A DNA stretch of 63,630 nucleotides, the filler included, from Octopus bimaculoides (lineage: Eukaryota): assembly GCF_001194135.2 (NCBI RefSeq). It is 9 parts of 8 records of this genome, joined end to end, with 100 filler letters (N's around TTAATTAATTAA, not from the genome) between each part and the next. Parts side by side here need not be neighbours in the genome. Positions count along the whole stretch, not along the records: positions 21,451 to 29,394 come from NC_069002.1; positions 29,495 to 35,022 come from NC_068996.1; positions 35,123 to 44,411 come from NC_068988.1; 6 more parts are not named here. One strand, written 5' to 3'. The notes under the pieces are model-generated. The model saw only the letters and a program-made list of their open reading frames with translations. It ran no database searches and was not told where the DNA came from. Below are positions 25,626-35,525 of this stretch, one piece after another. Numbering within the stretch: the first letter of the stretch is position 1; each line of letters opens with the position of its first letter. A program made the position numbers and the translations under genes.

Positions 25626-25724
25626 GCGAATACTCAATTAGCGAATACTCCATTTGCGAATGCTCAATTAGCGAATACTCAATTAGCGAACGTTCAATTA
25701 GTGAATACTTAATTAGCGAATACT
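25626..25724. repeat. 15-bp tandem repeat x6.6 (gcgaatactcaatta)
   Basis: Units start at 25626, 25641, 25656, 25671, 25686, 25701 and 25716. Confidence 0.95.
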
Positions 25725-26079
25725 AGGTGGAATCATGACAACCAAACATAGTTAAAAATAATCGTCTGCTATCTGTCACCCTAATATTTAAAGAATAAGG
25801 AGCGTCACTGTATGCTTATGCATTCGCTGATAGCGTTTCTACTATTAAATAGTATTGGTAGATTCGTTAACGCGACCGACGAACATGAATTGGAGAATTT
25901 GTTTCGGTATTTTGCGTTCCGGTCTCGAATCTCACCGAGGTCAGCTGTCATTGTTTCATGGATTGATAAAATTAAGTATTAGAATAGTCAGGCACTGTTT
26001 GAACGCGGTCGATGTAATTGCCTAACACTTTGAGTTCCAAATCGTTGGTTTCGTGTCGAAATGGGAACTCGGTCACTTT

Positions 26080-26480
26080 ACTCTTTTTTACTTGTTTCAG
26101 TCATTTGACTGCGGCCATGCTGGAGCACCGCTTTTTAGTCGAGCAAATCGACCCCAGGTCTTATTCTTTGGAAGCCTAGTACTTATTCTATCGGTTTCTT
26201 TTTGCCAAACCGCTAAGTTACGGGACGTAAACACACCACCATCGGTTGCCATCGGTGGTGGTGGTGGGGGGACAAACACAAACACACTAACATATACACA
26301 CACATACATACATATATATACTTATATACGACGGGCTTCTTTCAGTTTCCGTCCACCAAATCCACTCACAAGACTTTGGTCGGCCCGAAGACACTTGCCT
26401 AAGGTGCCATGCAGTGGGAATGAACCCGGAACCTTGTGGTTGGTAAGCAAGCTACTTACCACACAGCCACTCCTGCGCCT
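26080..26480 (-). mobile_element. SINE family A, full-length young copy (a diverged copy follows at about 26560-26950)
   Basis: Matches the family A consensus. Confidence 0.88.
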
Positions 26481-27339
26481 GTTTAATTTCCTTTTATAAT
26501 TTCATTGATTTTTATGCGCAACTGACCTCTCAGAAAATTCTTCATCTGTCTTTTACCATTTATCTTTTACTTGTTTCAAATATTGGACTGCGGCCATGGT
26601 GAGGCACCATCTTGAAGACTATTTGTCAAATCGACACCAGCACTTCTTAGTTTATCTATTTAGTAATCCTGGTACTTTTATCGGTCTCTTTGACTGAGCT
26701 TCAGATTTATAGGAACGTAAACAAACACTTGTTATCAAGTGATGTGTGGAGGCGAGCAAATAGAATCCCAAAGACACACACACATACCACAGGATTCCAC
26801 ACATTCCCCGTCTACGAAATTCAGCCACAGCGCACTGGTCGGCTCGGGATTGTAAAGTAGAAACCACTTGTTCACAGTGCCGCACGGTGGTACAGGACCC
26901 AAAACTACGAGGGCGCAAAGAGAGCTCCTTAACTACCCAACCATGACTGAACCGAAAGATAAAAATCAAACCGGATGATCCTGTCTACTGTTCCTTTCTG
27001 TTAGAGGTCTGCGCATTTCTGACTAACCTGGTGTTACAATAAAATCAACAAAAACAACCGTAATTAGAGGAAAGGTTTAAAAACGAGAAATTATTACGCG
27101 AAAAATAAATAGGATCAGCTTGAGAGTGTTGTAACTATTATTATAATTAAGCGCATTAATTGATATAAAACACAGGATGAGCTAAAATAATTACATTCTC
27201 TGCATTACTATTTTTATTGTCCAATCAGAAATCTTATATGCTTTATGCTTCCGGTTTTCTCACCCGTCCAAAAAACGAGGGGCCTTCATAGAAATTCGGA
27301 CCCCATATATACATACCTATGTAGATACTACAGATAGAT

Positions 27340-27386
<47 letters not shown>

Positions 27387-28499
27387 TGATAGATAGATGG
27401 TGGGAGGGGGTAGAGAGTGACGTGTGCACATGTATGTATGTATGTATGGATGGATGGATGGATGGATGGATGGATGGATGGACGGAGGTAACATAATTAC
27501 TACAGGTAACATAATCCCGTACGACGATTCCATAGTCAGGTCGTTGGTGACTAAGCCGGTACGTACCTACAAGTGTAATCAAGTGAGGAGCGATGCTAGA
27601 CACCCAGCATAGAGCGAAAGACCATTTAGTGAAGGAATACGAAAAACGCAGAAGGTTTTGAGTCGGTGAGCAAGTGATCTTTAATCCCATTTTGCAGTTG
27701 GTTGACATTCTGGTTATTTTCAAAAAAATGTTTGATACCAAACTTGAAATTTGTTCAATTTCTTCTCTTTCCAATGACTTTGAGTCGCCGACAGAGAAAT
27801 TGTCCTGTCAGAAGATTGAGGACAATTCAGCTCATGTTTCGATTTCACGTATTGGAATGTTTTGAACCAGAAACAGATAATGGGCCTTTCAAAAGTGGTT
27901 GTTGTTGTTGTTGTTGTAGCAATCGGGGTATCGCGAGCTTGAGCAATGCGAAAATAACACCACTTCTAAATATGTATAGTACACGCTGTACATGAAAATT
28001 CAAATATTTAATCATACTTCCGACTAATACACAATATGTAAAATTATTCTGATCATTTTAGAAAAGTGTCGATATTCTGTGTTCGCGGCCGCCTAAACAA
28101 CCCAGTTTCATTCTCATTATTTTCTTTTTAAAATTTTTACTCTGCTTTAGGTCGGTTACCTGGTTTTCAAGGCAAATAAGTGATCAAAATCTTAACATCA
28201 CCTCTGAGCGGAAACTTACCACGTCATTGTTCAGTTTCATTTCAAGATTTCTTGTCAATAGGGAATGAGCCGGTTTCTAACCTAGATTCAAGGTTCCTTA
28301 TTTGGAATTCCAACATCATCAACAGAGTATTTTTGTTTGTTTGTATGTATGTGTGCATAAGTAAAAGTATGAGACTGTCGGTGTGTTGGCAAGGGTGGGG
28401 AGGAAAATTATATTTTTGTTGTGCAACATATTGGTGCGAGAAGAAGTCATCGATGAGATAAGTCTGAAACTGGGAAGTAAGGACTGGGGTCCATACGAA

Positions 28500-28523
28500 T
28501 GAATGAGATGAAGAAAGAGAGCG

Positions 28524-28554
<31 letters not shown>

Positions 28555-28667
28555 GAAAGAGAAAGGTAGGAAAAAAGAGAGAAAGAAAGAAAGAAAGAAA
28601 GAGAGAAAGAGAAAGAGAAAGGTAGGAAGAAAGAGAGAAAGGAAGGGAGAAAGAAAGAAAGAAAGAG

Positions 28668-28698
<31 letters not shown>

Positions 28699-28753
28699 GA
28701 AAGAGAAAGGTAGGAAGAAAGAGAGAAAGGAAGGGAGAAAGAAAGAAAGAGAG

Positions 28754-28788
<35 letters not shown>

Positions 28789-29110
28789 AAGGAAGGGAGA
28801 AAGGGAGAAAGAAAGAAAAAAGGAGCAACTGAGAGAAAAAGGACAGTAAGAAAGGAGAGAAGGGAGAAAGAAAGAACGAAAGAAAAAGAAAGAGCAGCTA
28901 AGAGAAAAAAGAGAGAAGGAAGGAGGAAAGAAAGAAAGAAAAAGATTGAAAGAAAGAAAGGAACAGCAAGTGAGAGAAAAAGAGAGAACATGAAAGAAAG
29001 AATGAATGAATGAATGAATGAAGAAAGGGAGGCAGGAAGGGAAGATGGAAAGAAAGAATGAATGAATGAATGAACGACAGACAGAAAGAAAAACAGAAAG
29101 GAATGAATAA
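28500..29110. repeat. Polypurine (AAAG/GGAA/GAAT) compound microsatellite tract
   Basis: About 600 bp almost free of pyrimidines on the plus strand, with internal duplications of aaaggtaggaagaaagagagaaaggaagggag. Confidence 0.9.
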
Positions 29111-29251
29111 AAAGATCGACGGAAAGGAATAATTAGAAGAACGAGAAATAGCACGCTCGGAGCACGGACACACAGACACACGCAGCAGGTTGTTACCGTT
29201 CAGTAATGCGCGTGAGCGTGCGTATATGTATAAGATACGCGCGCGCGCACA

Positions 29252-29311
<60 letters not shown>

Positions 29312-29495
29312 CAGCATGTAGGTATGTATATAGAACTTTATATATATATATGTATATATAAGTATATACATATATATATGTATATACATACATANNNNNN
29401 NNNNNNNNNNNNNNNNNNNNNNNNNNNNNNNNNNNNNNTTAATTAATTAANNNNNNNNNNNNNNNNNNNNNNNNNNNNNNNNNNNNNNNNNNNNA

Positions 29496-29725
29496 ACGTG
29501 GCCGTTGCCAGTATCGCCTGACTGGCCTTCGTGCAGGTGACACGTAAAAGCACCTACTACACTCTCTGAGTGGTTGGCGTTAGGAAGGGCATCCAGCTGT
29601 AGAAACTCTGCCAAATTTAGATTGGAGCCTGGTGTTGCCATCCGGTTTAACCAGTCCTCAGTCAAGTCATCCAACCCATGCTAGCATGGAAAGCGGACGT
29701 TAAACGATGATGATGATGATGATGA
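29496..29725 (+). mobile_element. RTE-clade LINE 3' UTR/tail
   Basis: ggcgttaggaagggcatccagctgtagaaactctgcc...ggacgttaaac(gat)n. Minus-strand copies lie at about 30005-30460, 35995-36230, 49355-49620, 50665-50925, 54970-55260 and 55685-55870. Confidence 0.8.
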
Positions 29726-30807
29726 TTGTTTCATTATTTCTGTCCCATGAGGAATATGTCATTAACTGTCACATCCAAATTTAGTGCCAATCCAACATGG
29801 AATCTTTGGTCATCAGACATTGTAATACTCTGAGGAATATGACATTTAGTTATTACACTAACAGACTTTTATCTCTTAATGTCAAATTCTGAAACTCATT
29901 TTCATTTTAGATTTATACATATATGCATGTATGTGAATATAAGAGCATGTGTGTATGCACATACATACAAACATGTATACACACATGCACACACACACAC
30001 TTATATATATATCATCATCATCATCGTCGTAGTCGTTTAACATCCGCTTTCCATGCTAGCATGGGTTGGACGATTTGACTGAGGACTGGTGAAACCAGAT
30101 GGCTACACCAGGCTCCAATCTGATTTGGCAGAGTTTCTACAGCTGGATGCCCTTTTTACTGCCAACCACTCAGAGAGTGTAGTGGGTGCTATTACTTGCC
30201 ACCTGCACGAAGGCCAGTCAGGAGGTACTGGCAACGGCCACGCTCAAAATGCTGTATTTTATGTGCCACCCGCACAAGAGCCAGAAAGTCCTTACACATG
30301 CCACAGGCACAAGTGCCAGAAAGGCGACGCTGGGCACAGGTGCCATCACGATTTCGCTTTCGCTTGCCCCAATAAGTCATCGCAAGCTGAGTTTCGTGTC
30401 CAATGAAGGAGACGACGTTGGCATGGGTGCCAGTCATCGAATTTAACTCGATTTCGATTTAAAATAGAGAAACCATTTAACACATCTTTAATGATAAATT
30501 ACAATTGTTTCTGTACCAACTCTGCTTACAACACCAGTTTCTGCAATATTCGAAGTGAAAATTTATGTAATATTTGACATTACGTGATATTAGACATTAG
30601 AGTGGCACTTCATCAGACTTGCATCAAAGGTGCACCAAAATGGAGACGAACACCTTCATATGATGAACTTGAAAAATTGTTAAGATGTTAAGATATTTTT
30701 CTTAGCATGAAACTAATGGTAGCCTTAATACATAAAGAAATTTGATCCACCAATGCAGTGTTGAGCACTCATTCTTGCCATTTGACATTCACATGTATAT
30801 ATATATA

Positions 30808-31095
30808 TAGGTGCAGGAGTGGCTGTGTGGTAAGTAGCTTGCTTACCAACCACAAGGCTCCGGGTTCAGTCCCACTGCATGGCACCTTGGGCAAGTGTCT
30901 TCTACTAGAGCCTCAAGCTGACCAAAGCCTTGTGAGTGGATTTAGTAGATGGATTTGGTAGATGGAAACTGAAAGAAGCTCATCGTACATGTGTGTGTGT
31001 GTGTGTGTGTGTATAAGTGCGTGTGTGTATGTATGTGTTTGTCCCCCCACCGTCACTTGACAACCGATGTTGGTGTGTTTATGTCCCCGCAATGT
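30808..31095 (+). mobile_element. SINE family A (3' truncated)
   Basis: gcaggagtggctgtgtggtaagtagcttgcttaccaaccac head and body. Confidence 0.85.
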
Positions 31096-31109
31096 AACAC
31101 AGTTCAAAG

Positions 31110-31457
31110 ACATCATTCAGGATGAATAGCAGTCAATTTCATCAGTTATATGCAAAAGTTTGGTTGACTCTATGCCCAGAAGACTTGATGCAGTGATTTA
31201 AGCAAGGGCAGTCACAAGAAATATTGATTATAGCAAATAATCCTACAGAGTCTATATATTTTTGTATTGCTTGAAAATTAATATTTCGTTCATATCTTTG
31301 AAAATGTTTATTGTTTTTTTTGTTCCGAATTTTATGTTTGCATGCATAATGTATCTTATTCAATATAAATTTTGTTTGAATTCCTTCGATATTATCAGAG
31401 TAATGGCAATTTTACTGAATTTTTTTAGGGGTGTACATACTTTTGTAAGATAGTGTA
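31110..31457 (+). mobile_element. Tc1-like transposon 3' end with TIR
   Basis: ISSVICKSLVDSMPRRLDAVI is the Tc1 C-terminal SMPRRLxAVI motif. The right end ...catacttttgtaagatagtg-TA is a Tc1-type TIR. Confidence 0.8.
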
Positions 31458-31520
31458 TATATATATATAAATTGACAGAATGAGATAAAAAATCCAAGAC
31501 TGAATAATTAATAAAGAAAA

Positions 31521-31570
31521 GGTCTTACAGCTGTTTCTGGGATATTTTATATATCCCTTCATCAGAGAGG
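31521..31570 (-). ncRNA. Minimal type I hammerhead ribozyme motif (Penelope/retrozyme-like)
   Basis: Minus strand reads tct CTGATGA a gggatat ataaa atatccc a GAAAC agct GTA aga. Intact core, 7-bp stem II with an A.A closing mismatch, palindromic ACAGCUGU stem III, 3-bp stem I. Predicted cleavage is after GUA (31526). Confidence 0.75.
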
Positions 31571-31615
31571 GTACGAGAAAATGTTTCAGTATTAATTATT
31601 GTAGAGATACCTACA

Positions 31616-31646
<31 letters not shown>

Positions 31647-31724
31647 GCATGCACGTGTGTGTGTATGTATATATGTATGTATATATACATAGATACATAT
31701 ATACATATATGCATATAAGAACAA

Positions 31725-32056
31725 CTTCTGCCATATTCCAGGGAGAAAATCTAGAAGTAGTTGATAGCTTCCGCTATCTAGGTGACCAAGTTAGTAATGG
31801 GGGAGGATGTGCTGAAAGTGTAGCTGCTAGAATAAGAATAGCCTGGGCAAAGTTCAGAGAGCTCTTACCTCTGCTGGTGACAAGGGGCCTCTCACTCAGA
31901 GTAAAAGGCAGACTGTATGACACATGTGTACGAACAGCCATGCTTCATGGCAGTGAAATATGGGCTGTGACGGCTGAGGACATGCGTAGGCTTGCAAGGA
32001 ATGAAGCCAGTATGCTCCGATGGATGTGTAATGTCAGTGTGCATACTAGACAGAGT
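31725..32056 (+). mobile_element. RTE-clade LINE RT C-terminal fragment
   Basis: GENLEVVDSFRYLGDQVSNGGGCAESVAARIRIAWAKFRELLPLL...LYDTCVRTAMLHGSEIW...MLRWMCNVSV. Confidence 0.92.
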
Positions 32057-32059
32057 ATT

Positions 32060-32914
32060 AGTACCATGCTCACTCACATACTCGCCAAAAACTATACATA
32101 TATGTACATATGCATATATATATATACACGCATACACAGCCACACTAACACACATGCAACAAACCCGCACCCATACACACGCACGGAAAAAATAATTTTT
32201 TTATAGGGCTAAAAGTGAAAAACGGTGTGGGAAAGCTATAAGGTTAAAATGTGTCTAAACTGCGCATATTTTTGCATGCATGCACATATATCTATATACG
32301 CACGTACCCACACACACTCACAAGCGCACACATAAGGTTCCATGTACGTGTCTATAGACGCACAGGAAAAAAACAGGGTACAGGGGAGGAAACAGAAAAA
32401 TATGTGTAGAAAAAATACAAAACATTAATTCTATAATTATGTAAAATATATAAAAAAAAATTTTAATTTTAAAAATACATAAAAAAATATAAAATCCAAG
32501 TAAAAAGTATAGAAGGGTAAAAAGCTTATACATAGACACAATATAGAAAGCAAATCTTATCAGTACAGTCCTATCAGTAAAAATATTTTAAAAATATATA
32601 AGAAATCTAAGTAAGAAGTATAGAGAGATTAAAAGCTTATACATAGACACAAAATAGAAAGGAAGTCCTATCAGTAAACTCAGGGGGACCGAAAACGTAG
32701 CAAATATTTGGCCACATCTGGACATGATCCGAAAAGTTCAGTCCTTGAATTTAGACACATGGCGAGGTCTAAGCTGCCTTTCCAGATGAGCCATCTTTCC
32801 GTGTGCATGGGTGCGGGTTTGTTGTGTGTGTGTGAGTGTGGGTGTGAATGTGTGTATATATATATGCATATGTATATATATGTATAGTTTTTGGCGAGTA
32901 TGTGGGTGAGCATG
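32060..32914. mobile_element. Long-TIR (foldback/MITE-like) element
   Basis: About 120-bp arms: atgctcactcacatactcgccaaaaactataca...caaacccgcacccat (32065-32175) and its reverse complement (32805-32912). The AT-rich core carries an internal duplication (aagcttatacatagacaca..atagaaag). Confidence 0.75.
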
Positions 32915-33128
32915 TGTGTGTGTTTAAAGCGAGGGTGGTTTAGTATATAAATATAGGCAAATGTACGGATTGGTGCGCTTACGTGAACCTATAGACTTCT
33001 CTCATCCCTTACTTTTACCCCTTCTCCTTACTTAACGGTCTATTAGCTCTTTTGTCTTAATGATGGGCAACCACACAGTAATTTTCCTTTGTTTAACGGT
33101 CATTTTTCACAGGAATTTTCAATGACCG

Positions 33129-33189
33129 GATAACTGAAGAGATGTTGACGTGGGCTCTCACCCCAGCATCCGAAACTCGGAGTTTTATC
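33129..33189 (+). ncRNA. Type I hammerhead ribozyme motif
   Basis: gataa CTGAAGA gatgttg(acgtgggctctcaccc)cagcatc c GAAAC tcgga GTT ttatc. Perfect 5-bp stem I (gataa/ttatc), 7-bp stem II with one extra C before GAAA, and a 2-bp stem III. Predicted cleavage is after GUU (33184). Confidence 0.72.
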
Positions 33190-33224
33190 ATGGCTACCGA
33201 ATAAGTGTCACATATTTTTACAGA

Positions 33225-33267
<43 letters not shown>

Positions 33268-33695
33268 GAAGTATAAGAAAAGAAAAATACTGTAAGTGTA
33301 GATGAACTTTAATTCAATTCAAATCCAAGTTGGTACATCCTTTGCTTGCCTACAATACACCCTGTATTGTAGGCAAGCAAAAGAAAAAAATGAATCACCA
33401 AGGTTGGTTAACTCCGTACCCAATCAAGTTTCAAGCTTAAAGTAAAATTAAAATATTTATTTATTGCAATAGGTAAATATTTCAATTTTACTTTAAGCTC
33501 GAAATTTGATCAGGTATGGAAGGGGTTTTAGCATCTATTTCTTGCAGTGTGTGGTGAGGCGTAAAGCCGATCCTTTGTTATAATTATGTATATAATTATA
33601 ACAAGTTGTAAAATTTACCTATGAGGTTTTTATTTCCATACTGACCACCTAGTAAGATTATTATTGATTTTATCCTTTATTATAATTACATATAA

Positions 33696-33730
<35 letters not shown>

Positions 33731-34058
33731 GCTCAAAAGAACAAACAGAAAATAAATTGCTGATATTTCAGACACTTCATTACATGCTTTTAAATAAACT
33801 ATAATCAGTAATTAAGTTTNNNNNNNNNNNNNNNNNNNNNNNNNNNNNNNNNNNNNNNNNNNNNNNNNNNNNNNNNNNNNNNNNNNNNNNNNNNNNNNNN
33901 NNNNNNNNNNNNNNNNNNNNNNNNNNNNNNNNNNNNNNNNNNNNNNNNNNNNNNNNNNNNNNNNNNNNNNNNNNNNNNNNNNNNNNNNNNNNNNNNNNNN
34001 NNNNNNNNNNNNNNNNNNNNNNNNNNNNNNNNNNNNNNNNNNNNCAAATGCACACATT

Positions 34059-34100
<42 letters not shown>

Positions 34101-34975
34101 CATATACAAATTATGATAGAAAAATATGTCAGAAGAGTGAAGTCTCTTATTTATTTATTTATATACATATATGAAAAAATCTAAATTTTCCTAAGTAATT
34201 GATAGACTTCTGCTTATATATTATATATTGTGTTTTTATATTTGGGTGTTTGGAGCTGGAAAGTAATCATTGTAATTGTTATTGTAAGTGTTGTTGCTGT
34301 TTAGCTCCCATGCCTGACTTCATCCACACAAATATTGATTCTCCAAAGCCAGAAGCAATTTTTAAAAAAACATACAGGAAAATACAAACAAAGTTAAGGG
34401 CAGAGAAAGACAAAGAGAGACAAAGAGGTAAAAGAAAGGGAAAGAAAAAAGACAAAGTAGAGAATAAAGAGAGAAAAACAAGATTGTTTCCGAAGAAAAC
34501 AATCCCTTCATTAGTAAAACCCAGACATTTAATATCTCTATATAAATATATAAACAAAGGAGAGATATTGCCATCATTTTCTGGCTTTTTCTATGTCGTT
34601 ATTAATATATTTCATCTTTCATCTTTTCAGAGTCAATAAAATAGGAACAAGTTGAACACTGGGGCTGATGTAATTGACTTACTCCCAACCCCAAAATTGC
34701 TGGCTTTGTGCCAAAATTTGAAATTTTTAATAATATACACTTCCAAGAACTCTTATTCATATTCTCTTTTACTTGTTTTCAGTCATTTGACTGCGGCCAT
34801 ACTGGAGCACCGCCTTTTAGTCGAGCTAATCGACCCCAGTACTTATTCTTTGTAAGCCTAGTACTTATTCTAATTGTCTCTTTTGCCAAACCGCTAAGTT
34901 ACGGGGACGTAAGCACACCAGCATCGGTTGTCAAGCAATGTTGGGGTGGGGACAAACACAGACACACAAACATAT

Positions 34976-35022
<47 letters not shown>

Positions 35023-35122
35023 NNNNNNNNNNNNNNNNNNNNNNNNNNNNNNNNNNNNNNNNNNNNTTAATTAATTAANNNNNNNNNNNNNNNNNNNNNN
35101 NNNNNNNNNNNNNNNNNNNNNN

Positions 35123-35173
<51 letters not shown>

Positions 35174-35438
35174 CATATACACAATCATGTTCATATTGGA
35201 ACTGGTGACATCTATTTCGCTCAACATGGATTATAATCAAACCATTCTCTCTTTCTTGATTCCACTAATAGACATTACCGGTTTCCTTCATTTGCTCATA
35301 GATCTACCTAATGAACACCTATTTTAATTGAAGTTTTAACTGAATTTCTTCTCCCTTTCTTGAGAAAATGAATATGAACTACAATAATTATCACTGATGA
35401 GTAATATTCCTTCACTGTCACATCTGTTTAACCTCTCC

Positions 35439-35525
35439 TTCTCTGATGATAGAATAATCAGCTATGGAATCCTCACTTGACACGATGTTCCAATAGCTTG
35501 GATATTCTAGAAACAGCTGTTAGAG
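35439..35525 (+). ncRNA. Minimal type I hammerhead ribozyme motif with elongated stem II
   Basis: ttct CTGATGA tagaata...tattcta GAAAC agct GTT agag. Perfect 7-bp stem II, extended by agctat-ggaa/ttcc-aatagct. Same ACAGCUGU stem III as the 31.5 kb motif, and a 4-bp stem I. Predicted cleavage is after 35521. Confidence 0.72.

Noticed and set aside
25512-25712. ORF with ANTQL repeats resembling a pentapeptide-repeat protein
   Set aside because: The register does not fit the A(D/N)LXX consensus. It is a by-product of the 15-bp DNA repeat.
30074-30110. CTGAGGA...GAAAC in the RTE 3' UTR as a hammerhead
   Set aside because: No pairable stem II and no GUH/stem I.
35389-35452. C/D-box snoRNA-like layout (tgatga...ctga with a terminal stem)
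   Set aside because: Only about 60 nt, with no recognisable rRNA guide. The ctgatga at 35443 is better explained as the hammerhead core.
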